Assembly: GCA_964367815.1 (NCBI GenBank)
Contig: CAYIYR010000003.1
Span: 8,183-72,182, forward strand
DNA length: 64,000 nt
Direction: 5' to 3'
Origin: an uncultured Eubacteriales bacterium
Lineage (GTDB): Bacteria > Bacillota_I > Bacilli_A > RFN20 > UBA1709
Shown here: one piece after another, positions 18,135-27,469 of the stretch
How positions within the stretch are numbered: position 1 is the stretch's first letter
How the letters are laid out: every line of letters begins with the position of its first letter
Translations under genes and position numbers: made by a program
The notes under the pieces: generated by a model
Seen by the model: only the letters and a program-made list of their open reading frames with translations
The model's database searches: none
What the model was told of the DNA's origin: nothing

Positions 18135-19595
18135 ATGAAAGCAAAAAACAATTTATTATTATTCCTATTATTAGTGACTCTTTCCTTGGCTTCTTGTCAG
18201 GAAAAAGCCCATAAAAACTTCGAAAAGTATAAAGATTTAACACCTGTTAAGGCAGCGCAAATTAAAAATGTTATTTTTCTAATTTCTGATGGAGGAGGTT
18301 TAGCTAATCTTGATTTAGCTAATAAAGTAAAAACAGCTGGTGGTTTTTTACCCGAGGCAAAGAATCCAAATTCATCTACTATCACCGATAACAACCCAAT
18401 GTTATTAAAAAATTATATGGTTGGAAATATCACTACCTATAGTAGCAATCAATCTATCACCGATTCAGCCGCCAGCGGTACTGCCCTTTCTACCGGCTTT
18501 AAAACTAATAATGGAACCATAGGTCTTGATGCTGATAATAAGCCAGTGGCAACAGTATTAGAGGCCGCCCAATTGCTTGGTAAATCGGTTGGATTAGTAT
18601 CGACAATTCGTTGGAATCATGCTACACCGGCTGCATTTGGTTCTCATACCGAGAGTCGCGACAATAATCGTATCATTGGCGAGCAGATGATTAATCAAGA
18701 GTTAGATGTTGATTTAGGTACTAACTTCGCTAAAAGTTTATATGGAACTGAAGATTATGCAACCAGTAGAGGATACAAGCTTATTAAGAACAAGACTGAT
18801 TTAACTAGCGTTAATCCAGGTGACAAAATCTGGGGTGGTATCGCTGGAGAAATGCCCTATGATATTGAGCTAAAAGATTCCCAACCTAGTCTCCCTTTAA
18901 TGACAAATGCCGCAATTAAGGCACTTTCCGATAATAAAGATGGTTTCTTTTTAATGGTTGAAGCTAGTCATGTTGATATCGCCGCCGCCCAACAAGATGC
19001 AGTTAAAATGGTTAGCGAGTATCTAGCCTTTGATGCGAGTTTTAAAGTGGCTTTAGACTTTGCTAAGCAGCGAACTGACACGATTGTTATAGCAACCTCT
19101 GACCATGATACCGGTGGCTTAGTTCTCCCAAAGGGAGAAGATTTAGATTCAGCTGTTAATGATATCCGTGTCGGAACTAATCCTTCGAATCTGGAGTGGT
19201 CTAGTTCTGGTGGTCACACAAATAGAAATGTTGGCGTTTTTATGTATTTGCCTGATGGTATAAATCAAATTACAGGGTTCTCTTCAATGGCAGATAAAGG
19301 TGATACGCCACTGAATAGAGAATCCAAAAGCAATGATAATACTGTCTTTGCAAATTATATTGGTGACTTGTGGGGTATTTCCATGTCTGATGCAACAAAG
19401 AAATTATTTGTCGATGTAACTGATCAAGGAAATTATGACTCAGAGAAATCTCTCTTCACTTTCAATGATGGTCGAAGTATGGCAGCTAACCAAAGCTGGT
19501 ATACAAATGCAAAAGGAAAGACAGTACATACACATGGTCAAGTATCAGTCTATTCCGGAGAGCACTTCTATGTACCTGCAATTGTGATAAGCTAA
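18135..19595 (+). CDS. phoA: Alkaline phosphatase (PhoA family) lipoprotein
   Basis: Signal peptide with lipobox LSLASC; active-site DSAASGTALSTG; metal-ligand regions SDHDTGG and GGHTN. ATG at 18135 follows GAGAGG. Confidence 0.88.
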   Translation: MKAKNNLLLFLLLVTLSLASCQEKAHKNFEKYKDLTPVKAAQIKNVIFLISDGGGLANLDLANKVKTAGGFLPEAKNPNSSTITDNNPMLLKNYMVGNITTYSSNQSITDSAASGTALSTGFKTNNGTIGLDADNKPVATVLEAAQLLGKSVGLVSTIRWNHATPAAFGSHTESRDNNRIIGEQMINQELDVDLGTNFAKSLYGTEDYATSRGYKLIKNKTDLTSVNPGDKIWGGIAGEMPYDIELKDSQPSLPLMTNAAIKALSDNKDGFFLMVEASHVDIAAAQQDAVKMVSEYLAFDASFKVALDFAKQRTDTIVIATSDHDTGGLVLPKGEDLDSAVNDIRVGTNPSNLEWSSSGGHTNRNVGVFMYLPDGINQITGFSSMADKGDTPLNRESKSNDNTVFANYIGDLWGISMSDATKKLFVDVTDQGNYDSEKSLFTFNDGRSMAANQSWYTNAKGKTVHTHGQVSVYSGEHFYVPAIVIS

Positions 19596-19602
19596 TGCAT
19601 CG

Positions 19603-19665
19603 TGTAGCATAGTATATACAATGTCTTGCATAGTATTTACTACGTTTAGCCTAGTATTTGATATG
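19603..19665. repeat. Three tandem ~21-bp direct repeats (core GCMTAGTATWT)
   Basis: Units GTgTAGCATAGTATATACAat / GTcTTGCATAGTATTTACTac / GTtTAGCCTAGTATTTGATat, with the core starting at 19607, 19628 and 19649 (exact 21-nt spacing). They lie between the phoA stop and the terminator. Confidence 0.7.
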
Positions 19666-19668
19666 TAA

Positions 19669-19698
19669 GAAAAGGAAGTCGCTTGACTTCCTTTTTTA
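19669..19698. terminator. Bidirectional terminator between convergent phoA and the 19714..20670 gene
   Basis: AAAA-GGAAGTC-GCTT-GACTTCC-TTTTTT. Confidence 0.85.
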
Positions 19699-19713
19699 AT
19701 AATTTCTTATTAT

Positions 19714-20670
19714 CTAGATGACTGTATTAGTAATAAGCGTTAATTTGTGGGCGGAAATACCTGATGGTCCATAAGCTATTGTTAATGGATTGGCAATATT
19801 ATTAGTCAATGTTGTTGCGGTTCCAACCTTTCCTAAATTGCTGACAATTGAAGAAAAGGCTGAGCCAATGACATTATTAATCGCATCGCTATCATTATCG
19901 CTTGACGAACCGCTAATGTTTTTAGCAAGAACCTGGAAAATGACTTGAGAAACTTGGTTATCAGAGTCATTAATCTTAATGCTTTCTGATGTTGTGGTTA
20001 AAACTCCCTTATTATCAGCTGATAATTTGTTATAGCTTACGATATATAGGCGTTCTGGTAGAGTAACATAACTAGCAAAGCTGCCCAAAGCCTCATTTAT
20101 TTGATTTTTAATCGCCGAAGTTTCAATTGACATAACCAATCTCATTTGGAAATAGGTTGTTTTATCCGTAATTGTAAACTCATCTATATTCGCATTTAAA
20201 TCTTTCAAAAAATTGATATTGGCATCAGAAGAACTTGTCTGTGATCCTTGGCTAATAATGGAGTCAAAGATATATGCCAAGGTAGTATCACTATAGTTAA
20301 TAACATATTTATTGTCATAAGTGACTGGGGTTGTAACAATAGAAGTATAATCAGGCTCGCCAGAGGTATTCTTAGGAATATTACTATCCTCTAGTGTGGT
20401 TTCAGCGGTAGTTTTCTCTTCGGTTGCATCATAGCCATTGGTAACAATTTTGTCTTCTTCAACATTGGAGAGATCTTTGTAAAGATAATAGACTTCCTTG
20501 AACTTGGTATCTCCCAAACCCAAATCATTCAAAGAGTTTCCTTCATAGATTTCATAATCACCCAATTTTAATTGGTTTGGCGTTAAATTAGCAACTGTAA
20601 AAACAGCAGCAACAACTAATACTACGATAACAACAACAAAAATAAGCAGACCTTTTAAAAATTTTAGCAT
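19714..20670 (-). CDS. Hypothetical N-terminally membrane-anchored, Ser/Thr/Asn-rich extracytoplasmic protein
   Basis: 318 aa with a single N-terminal TM (LLIFVVVIVVLVVAAVF) and no motif I recognise. Coding is supported by length and context. Confidence 0.55.
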   Translation of the reverse strand: MLKFLKGLLIFVVVIVVLVVAAVFTVANLTPNQLKLGDYEIYEGNSLNDLGLGDTKFKEVYYLYKDLSNVEEDKIVTNGYDATEEKTTAETTLEDSNIPKNTSGEPDYTSIVTTPVTYDNKYVINYSDTTLAYIFDSIISQGSQTSSSDANINFLKDLNANIDEFTITDKTTYFQMRLVMSIETSAIKNQINEALGSFASYVTLPERLYIVSYNKLSADNKGVLTTTSESIKINDSDNQVSQVIFQVLAKNISGSSSDNDSDAINNVIGSAFSSIVSNLGKVGTATTLTNNIANPLTIAYGPSGISAHKLTLITNTVI

Positions 20671-20736
20671 GAGTTATCCTCCTCTTTACTTTTTTCCTAT
20701 TATAGCTTCTATTGAGTTATTTTCCAACAATATTTG

Positions 20737-21705
20737 TTAAAGGAGTAGTGCCTCCTGCAATAATTGTTCTAACTCTTCATAGCTAGTAATACTATTCATT
20801 TTGCCTCTTAGTCTGGCGGCGTTATCAAAACCCTTTAGGTAGAAGCCAACTAAAGTTCGCATCTGTTTTAAGGCAATAAGCTCGTTTTCTTCATACTTTA
20901 TAAGCCTTTTGGCGTGTTCTAAGCACATTCTAGCTCGTTCTTGAGGAGTTGGCTCTGCCTTAATCATTCCATTCTCTATTAGACTGATGCTATTGTCAAA
21001 TAGCCAGGGGTTTCCAATACCACCACGAGCAATCATTACAGCATCACAGCCAGTTTCCTTCATCATTCTTAGGGCATCTTCCGGTGTTCGGATGTCCCCA
21101 TTACCTATAACAGGGATTTTTACTGCCTCTTTTGCAAGCTTAATATAATTCCAGTCAGCTTTTCCTTCATACATTTGGGCTTTAGTCCGAGCATGAACCG
21201 CAATGGCTGAGGCTCCCGCTTTTTCCATAAGTTTAGCCATTTCAACGATATTAATATGATCGGCATCATAGCCGATTCGAAGTTTTACCGTAACGGGTTT
21301 AGAAACATTATTGACAATATTATAGACGATATCATAAGCTTTTTGCGGATCTTGTAATAATTTCGAACCTGCTCCTGCTTTCAAGACCTTTGGGACGGGG
21401 CAGCCCATATTGATATCTACGATATCACAGTCGCAATGCTTGTCTATAATCATTGCTGCTGCTACCATACTGTCGACATCACTTCCAAATAATTGCATAC
21501 TGCAAGGGTGCTCATTGGGACTAATAGTCAACATATCATAGGTCTTTTTATTATTATAGGTCAAAGCTTTGTCGCTAACCATTTCTGCGTAACTTAATGC
21601 GGCACCATGCTCCATCGCAATTTCACGATACACCAAATTACTGATTCCCGCCATCGGGCCAGATATCAGTGGATTTTTGAGAATTATATTACCGATTTTC
21701 AACAT
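20737..21705 (-). CDS. dusB: tRNA dihydrouridine synthase
   Basis: [17 protein letters not shown], catalytic-Cys region and TIM-barrel FMN motifs (HARTKAQ..GxADW). Confidence 0.9.
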   Translation of the reverse strand: MLKIGNIILKNPLISGPMAGISNLVYREIAMEHGAALSYAEMVSDKALTYNNKKTYDMLTISPNEHPCSMQLFGSDVDSMVAAAMIIDKHCDCDIVDINMGCPVPKVLKAGAGSKLLQDPQKAYDIVYNIVNNVSKPVTVKLRIGYDADHINIVEMAKLMEKAGASAIAVHARTKAQMYEGKADWNYIKLAKEAVKIPVIGNGDIRTPEDALRMMKETGCDAVMIARGGIGNPWLFDNSISLIENGMIKAEPTPQERARMCLEHAKRLIKYEENELIALKQMRTLVGFYLKGFDNAARLRGKMNSITSYEELEQLLQEALLL

Positions 21706-21706
21706 A

Positions 21707-22351
21707 TTAGTTTTTCTTCACCAATATTTGATAGTAGATGAAGGAATAAATATTTGGAATAATTAAAACCAGCACAAACAAGGCAAGCACTATCCAAAGA
21801 TTATAAAAGTTAGGAACAAGGATCATGAAAATGATTGCAATGCCGCCAATAATCCAGGCATAACCGCCAAAGCGATGGGTTTTTTGCCAAACGATTTTGC
21901 TAGCAAGAGTCCAGGGATTATAAATAGCTATAAAACTATTTCTTTTGAAACGTGGCATATAGTTACCAACGAGAATAATCAAGAAACCAAAGGCAGCAAT
22001 TGCTACATTCCATATGGCAATTGTGTAATCTAACCAACTGCAAACAAACACTATTTGCATAAACAGCAAAACCGCGCAAGTCATGCTGATAATATTCCCT
22101 GTCGAGTTATAACTTACATTTGAGATATCCTTCAAAATCTTTTGGTATAACAAAGGTAAAAAAGAGAGAATCAATCCAACAAGAATTGATAGCGTTGGCA
22201 GTAACCATACAAAGTAATTCTTATCATAGGTCTTATCACCTAGCATCGATACTTGGGCTGGTATAATGTGATATACACAAGCAGTAATTGCAAAAGAAAT
22301 AGCGCCGATAATCATTGTACAAATAACGTTTTTGATAACACTACGCTTCAT
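21707..22351 (-). CDS. SdpI/YhfL-family membrane protein (immunity-protein-like)
   Basis: 214 aa with 6 TM. Downstream of, and overlapping by 11 nt, an SdpR-type ArsR regulator. Contains an ...[22 protein letters not shown]... segment as in SdpI-family proteins. Confidence 0.6.
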   Translation of the reverse strand: MKRSVIKNVICTMIIGAISFAITACVYHIIPAQVSMLGDKTYDKNYFVWLLPTLSILVGLILSFLPLLYQKILKDISNVSYNSTGNIISMTCAVLLFMQIVFVCSWLDYTIAIWNVAIAAFGFLIILVGNYMPRFKRNSFIAIYNPWTLASKIVWQKTHRFGGYAWIIGGIAIIFMILVPNFYNLWIVLALFVLVLIIPNIYSFIYYQILVKKN

Positions 22352-22628
22352 CTTTATTACCCCCTTTTAGTAAACCCATTATCCATTGAAGAACATCCTG
22401 GACAACAGTTGTGTTTAACTCGTAAAAAATATACTTTCCTACTTTTTCATCGGTAACTAATTTTGAGGCACTTAGAACCGATAGATGATGAGACACTGTG
22501 GCTTGAGTCATATCAAAATGGGCAGAAATATCACCGGCTGACATTCTCCCCTTTTCTTTTAATAAATTCAATATCTCTCGGCGTGTTTTATCGGACATTG
22601 CTTTTAAAACACTTGGCTCATCAGTCAT
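22341..22628 (-). CDS. ArsR-family (SdpR-like autorepressor) transcriptional regulator
   Basis: 95 aa; LSDKTRREILNLL...MSAGDISAHFDMTQATVSHHLSVL winged-HTH. Confidence 0.85.
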   Translation of the reverse strand: MTDEPSVLKAMSDKTRREILNLLKEKGRMSAGDISAHFDMTQATVSHHLSVLSASKLVTDEKVGKYIFYELNTTVVQDVLQWIMGLLKGGNKDEA

Positions 22629-22726
22629 ATCATCACTTCCACTTCAAATTATATATTAATTTGTTCATAACAGCAAATGATTATAAAAAAATAGGTAATA
22701 CTAGTACTAGCGAAAGGAGAAAAATC

Positions 22727-23296
22727 ATGGAGCATCTATTGTACTATTTTATTGTCGGCATCAGTTTTCTAATGTTAGTTTATCTCTTTCTTATCTATCA
22801 TCGTTTGCAAAATCGCCGCAAAAGTCGTCTCAAAATTTGTGGGAACTACATTATTGGCAACAATGATGTAAATGGTAGCATCGAACTTGCAATCTACAAT
22901 CATGGTAACTATGAAGTAGAGCTGAGCAATATCGGGTTATGTTGCAACAAGAGGTACATCGTAATCAATAATGATATGGATGAACCTGTTAAGATTGCTG
23001 GTCACAGTTACTATAAACTACTGGTAGATTTCAATGAATTGGTTAATGACATTCAAAAAGCAACTTGTGATAGCATTAATTTGAAAATCAAGGCTTATGC
23101 TTTAGAAACAGATGGAAGAGTAAATTTTGGCCGCGGTAAACATCTAGCCGAGATCTTTGAACATTATTATTACCAGCAAAGAATAAAAGAAGCCGAACTG
23201 CTTTCATCCCAAGCGATACCAACAGTTACTACCTCGATTGATAACGAGAGTGAGCAAGCAGCTGTCATATCGGATTCAGTTGAAGGAATAGCTTAG
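22727..23296 (+). CDS. Hypothetical single-pass membrane protein (189 aa)
   Basis: ATG at 22727 preceded by AAAGGAGAAAAATC; N-terminal TM. The ORF-track extension back to 22463 is antisense to sdpR and has no RBS. Confidence 0.55.
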   Translation: MEHLLYYFIVGISFLMLVYLFLIYHRLQNRRKSRLKICGNYIIGNNDVNGSIELAIYNHGNYEVELSNIGLCCNKRYIVINNDMDEPVKIAGHSYYKLLVDFNELVNDIQKATCDSINLKIKAYALETDGRVNFGRGKHLAEIFEHYYYQQRIKEAELLSSQAIPTVTTSIDNESEQAAVISDSVEGIA

Positions 23297-23324
23297 AGAA
23301 GAACACGTTGTGTTCTTTTCTTTT
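23297..23324. terminator. Bidirectional terminator
   Basis: AAGAACAC-GTT-GTGTTCTT followed by TTC TTTT. Confidence 0.65.
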
Positions 23325-24015
23325 ATTTTAATAGCGTAGCAATCATTAACAATTGAGCAGCATAATAAGTAATTGTTGTAATCGTAACAAAAGCTAACTT
23401 CTTTTTTCCTGTATAGAAGTATTTAAATAACAAAGTGTAATCAGAGATAGCGAAAACAATGCCTCCACTTAAGATGATGATGGATTTGCTATCGAATCCA
23501 TAATGTAAAGCATAAACAAAAGAAGCACTAAGCATCCCTGCCATCGCTACTGTATAGACACAGACAAGAATAAATCTCAGTTTATCTTTGACTTTGAGTG
23601 TCAAAAGGATGGTTAACGATAGCGCAATGCCAACAATAGGGATCAAAACATGTAAGAAGCTAAAAGGAACCTGGCTAATAAAGGTAAATGCAATAACATA
23701 GAAGCACTGAGCTACAAAAAAGAAAGAAAAGCCAAGAGGGATAAACACCCTGTTATGCTTAATCCTCTCAACATTGCTTAAGCCCAAAAAAACATCACCT
23801 AAAAAGGAAAATACTAAAGCAAGAAGAATAACAGTAAAATACTGTCCGCCTAATGCAAAACGATACTTTATTACAATCGCTAAGACAACAAAAAGCGCAC
23901 TTGTGCAGCACTTGGCCAGCAAGCGATTAATTGAATCGGGTTTTATTAATGTAATGGCAAGCATCCAAATAAATGATAAGCCATACAAGGCCAAGACTAC
24001 ATGCAAAGGGGACAC
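23323..24015 (-). CDS. YhhN-family (lysoplasmalogenase-like) membrane protein
   Basis: 230 aa, ~8 TM, FLGDVFL and ISDYTLLF motifs as in YhhN/TMEM86-type proteins. Confidence 0.5.
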   Translation of the reverse strand: MSPLHVVLALYGLSFIWMLAITLIKPDSINRLLAKCCTSALFVVLAIVIKYRFALGGQYFTVILLALVFSFLGDVFLGLSNVERIKHNRVFIPLGFSFFFVAQCFYVIAFTFISQVPFSFLHVLIPIVGIALSLTILLTLKVKDKLRFILVCVYTVAMAGMLSASFVYALHYGFDSKSIIILSGGIVFAISDYTLLFKYFYTGKKKLAFVTITTITYYAAQLLMIATLLK

Positions 24016-24019
24016 CTCC

Positions 24020-24874
24020 TTAGTGAGTATTCATCGTTTTTAGTTTTAAAGCATATTGAAGATCTTCCATTGTCAGAATATATTTGGTGTTACAAAAATT
24101 GCAACATAATTCAACATCTTGATTATCAACAATCATTTCTTGAATGTCTTCGACTGGCAAAGTAGCCACGCCAGCAATGAAACGGCCTTTTGAACAGTTG
24201 CAAGCAAACTTAACTGGACTAGTTGAAAGAATCTTTATCTCTGGGAATAATTCGCTGAGAACTTGCTCTAAATCCCCAATTTTTAGCATATCGCTAACTG
24301 GTGGACACTGTGCAGCAAAGTTTTCCGCATAAAGTAGGTCTTCTTCTTGATAGCCGGGCATCAATTGAACAATTAAGGCTCCGGAAATAAATTCATTAAT
24401 AGTTATATGCGTACCAGTAGCAACCACAGAAGGTACTTGTTCAGATTCTTTGAAGTAATAACTGAAATCTTCACCAATCTTCCCACTTTGCAGTTCAATT
24501 TGGGAGCTAAAATTACGTTTCATGCCAAGATCTTTTATTACTGTTATGATACCTAGGTCACCAATTGCTTCTTCAACTTTTGTGATTGTTTCATCAATAT
24601 TTGGTCTAGCAACATATCCGCGAATATTACCTTCACAATCAGCATCAACTACAATGCTTTTTAAGGGACCATTAGCATCAATTTTGACTGTCAATCGCCC
24701 GTTTTTTTGCATTATGCCCATGATGGCTGCAATACTGCAGACTCGACTCAAAGCATCGCTTGCTGCACTGCCCAAGTTATGAGCAGCACAAATCTTCTCG
24801 CAACTCTTCGAAGTATCAGCCAAAAATATTCTAATCTTGCCATCATTTAAGATGCCTCTAATAATCTTATCCAT
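24020..24874 (-). CDS. hslO: Hsp33 redox-regulated chaperone
   Basis: C-terminal zinc switch CNCSKGRF...CNFCNTKY; 284 aa. Confidence 0.92.
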   Translation of the reverse strand: MDKIIRGILNDGKIRIFLADTSKSCEKICAAHNLGSAASDALSRVCSIAAIMGIMQKNGRLTVKIDANGPLKSIVVDADCEGNIRGYVARPNIDETITKVEEAIGDLGIITVIKDLGMKRNFSSQIELQSGKIGEDFSYYFKESEQVPSVVATGTHITINEFISGALIVQLMPGYQEEDLLYAENFAAQCPPVSDMLKIGDLEQVLSELFPEIKILSTSPVKFACNCSKGRFIAGVATLPVEDIQEMIVDNQDVELCCNFCNTKYILTMEDLQYALKLKTMNTH

Positions 24875-24888
24875 ATTTTATTCCTCTT

Positions 24889-24912
24889 AAGAGAAAAACG
24901 CCTAGTGGCGTT
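24889..24912 (-). terminator. Terminator downstream of ftsH
   Basis: AACGCC-ACTA-GGCGTT-TTTCTC on the minus strand. Confidence 0.6.
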
Positions 24913-26920
24913 ATTCTTTTGGTTCTTCTTGATTTTCCTTTGGAGTCTCAGGGTTAACCGCTGTTGCAGGTATTTCCACATCAACTTTAACTTTTTCGGG
25001 AAGTTTGCCATTATCAATTAAGCTTTTCACTTCTTCAAAGGTTAAGGTTTCTTTCTGCAACAATGTTTCAGCAATTAAGGTCAAGACATCTTTGTTCTCA
25101 ACAATAACTTTCCGCGCCTTTTCCATTGACTCAGTAACAATTTTCTTTATTTCCTGGTCAATTAAGTAGGCTACTTCGCTAGAAATGTTACGGGATGCAT
25201 TTGTATAATCACGGCCTAAGAAGACATTGCCTTCTGGCTGCTCATATTGGATTGGTCCTAGAGAAGACATACCAAGGTTTGTAACCATCATTCTAGCTAG
25301 TTTTGTCGCTTGAGAAATATCTTCTTGTGCACCAGTAGTGACATCTTGAAAGAAAACTTCTTCGGAAACACGACCAGCTAATAAACCAGAGATTCTTTCT
25401 TCTAGTTCGCTCTTTGTAACTAAGAAACGTTCATCAGTCGGTGTCATTAAGACATAGCCACCTGCTTCTCCACGAGGGATTATTGTTACTTTTTGAACCT
25501 TCATAGCACTTGCAAGTTTCATACCCACAATCGCATGTCCTGATTCATGATAAGCAACCAATCTCTTTTCTTTCTCGGTAATGATCTTTCCCTTTTTGGC
25601 TGGGCCACCCATTACTCTATCAATTGCTTCATCAACTTCCGCCATGCCAATAGTTTCTTTGTTTTCTCTGACTGCAAGAATTGCTGCTTCATTGAGAACA
25701 TTTTCTAACTCAGCACCACTGAATCCTGGTGTTCTATAGGCGATATTGGAATAATTGATATCTAAACCCATTTTTTTGTTACGGGCATGAACTTTTAATA
25801 TAGCTTCACGGCCATTACGATCTGGTAGATTAACAGTGATCTGACGGTCAAAACGACCTGGTCTTAACAACGCTGGATCAAGAACATCTGGACGGTTGGT
25901 GGCGGCAATAACAATAATACCTGAATTGTCAGCAAATCCATCCATCTCAACTAGTAATTGGTTAAGAGTTTGTTCTCTTTCATCATGGCCACCGCCTAAG
26001 CCAGCACCTCTTTGACGACCGACAGCATCAATTTCATCAATGAAGATGATGCAGGGGGCATTCTGCTGGGCTTTTTTAAACATGTCTCTAACTCTGCTGG
26101 CACCAACACCAACAAACATTTCAACGAAATCACTACCAGAGATACTAAAGAATGGAACACCAGCCTCACCTGCTACGGCTTTGGCTAACAATGTTTTTCC
26201 AGTTCCTGGTGCACCTTTTAGAATAATGCCTTTAGGGATTCTAGCTCCCATACGAGCAAATTTGCGGGGATTTTTTAGATAGTCGACAATTTCAACCATC
26301 TCGGCTTTTTCTTCATCACAGCCAGCAACATCAGCAAATCTAATTTTAGAATTCTCGATGTTCTTCACTGGAGATTTACCAAAATCAAATGCTTTGGAAT
26401 TGCCATTACTACCGCCCATTCTTGAGAAGAATATAAGCATGAATACAATAACGATGACTGTAGGAATCAAATAGATTAACAATGAACTCCAAATGCTTGT
26501 TTCAAAAGCATTAGTAATTGTGACTACTTGTTCAGTAGAAGTATTAAACGTATCGATATAACTGTAGAAATCAACGACATCGCCATTGTATGAATCGGAT
26601 TCAGCCACAATTGGAATTGTTCCTGAGAAAGTATAAACTACAGCTTTCCCATCAACAGTTCTGGTAAAAGTTCCAGCAAAATCGATGACTTTTTCTTGTT
26701 CAGCAACATTAAAACTTTTAACAGTAGTACCAGGCTTAGATAGTTCGGCAACCATCGACTCATAACTATTGAATGAATATTTGTTTTTGTTTGATGAACG
26801 AGCGAATGAAACAATTGCCACAATAGCAATTGCGACAATTAGTAAATAAGGCCACACAAAAGCAAGCCAATTCTTCGGCTGTTTTGGGGCATTGGGTTTT
26901 TGATTGGGTTGATTATTCAT
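24911..26920 (-). CDS. ftsH: ATP-dependent zinc metalloprotease FtsH
   Basis: Walker [22 protein letters not shown] region, zinc site HESGHA; two N-terminal TMs. Confidence 0.97.
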   Translation of the reverse strand: MNNQPNQKPNAPKQPKNWLAFVWPYLLIVAIAIVAIVSFARSSNKNKYSFNSYESMVAELSKPGTTVKSFNVAEQEKVIDFAGTFTRTVDGKAVVYTFSGTIPIVAESDSYNGDVVDFYSYIDTFNTSTEQVVTITNAFETSIWSSLLIYLIPTVIVIVFMLIFFSRMGGSNGNSKAFDFGKSPVKNIENSKIRFADVAGCDEEKAEMVEIVDYLKNPRKFARMGARIPKGIILKGAPGTGKTLLAKAVAGEAGVPFFSISGSDFVEMFVGVGASRVRDMFKKAQQNAPCIIFIDEIDAVGRQRGAGLGGGHDEREQTLNQLLVEMDGFADNSGIIVIAATNRPDVLDPALLRPGRFDRQITVNLPDRNGREAILKVHARNKKMGLDINYSNIAYRTPGFSGAELENVLNEAAILAVRENKETIGMAEVDEAIDRVMGGPAKKGKIITEKEKRLVAYHESGHAIVGMKLASAMKVQKVTIIPRGEAGGYVLMTPTDERFLVTKSELEERISGLLAGRVSEEVFFQDVTTGAQEDISQATKLARMMVTNLGMSSLGPIQYEQPEGNVFLGRDYTNASRNISSEVAYLIDQEIKKIVTESMEKARKVIVENKDVLTLIAETLLQKETLTFEEVKSLIDNGKLPEKVKVDVEIPATAVNPETPKENQEEPKE

Positions 26921-26933
26921 CTAGATTCCTCCT

Positions 26934-27467
26934 CTAAAGCAAATCTGTATTTATTACTCCGACATATGGTAAGTTTCTGTATAACTCATCATAGTCTAGA
27001 CCATAGCCAACAACAAATTCATCGGGAATAACAAAACCCGCATATTTGATATCGACTTCTTTAACTCTTTTTGTCTTCTTATCTAGTAAACAAGCCACTT
27101 CAACTGAGCCGGCCATCCGATGGCGAAGCAAAGAGGTAATGGTATCAAGAGTTAGTCCACTATCAACAATATCTTCAACAATGATGATATCGCGACCTTC
27201 GATTGACATCTCTAAGTCTTTTATAATCCGAATTTGTCCCAATGAAGTAATACCTCCTTCATAGCTAGACACCACCATATATTCGGTTTGCATATCAATC
27301 GTAATGTGTTTCATTAATTCTGCCATAAATGGAACAGAGCCTTTTAATAAACCAACAAGAATTGGCTTTCTACCAGCATATTCTGTGCTTATTTGTTGAC
27401 CGATTTCACTAACGCGCTTAATGATTTCTTCTTCACTTATTAAAACTTTTTTAATAATATTTGGCAT
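26934..27467 (-). CDS. hpt: Hypoxanthine phosphoribosyltransferase
   Basis: PRPP motif IIIVEDIVDSGLTL; 177 aa; conserved tilS-hpt-ftsH order. Confidence 0.93.
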   Translation of the reverse strand: MPNIIKKVLISEEEIIKRVSEIGQQISTEYAGRKPILVGLLKGSVPFMAELMKHITIDMQTEYMVVSSYEGGITSLGQIRIIKDLEMSIEGRDIIIVEDIVDSGLTLDTITSLLRHRMAGSVEVACLLDKKTKRVKEVDIKYAGFVIPDEFVVGYGLDYDELYRNLPYVGVINTDLL

Positions 27468-27469
27468 AA

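Noticed and set aside
17965-18243. 92-aa minus-strand ORF overlapping the phoA start.
   Set aside because: No RBS, antisense to the phoA signal peptide, hydrophobic low-complexity translation.
22463-22726. 88-codon upstream extension of the 22727..23296 gene.
   Set aside because: Antisense to sdpR. The strong RBS (AAAGGAG) precedes the internal ATG at 22727.
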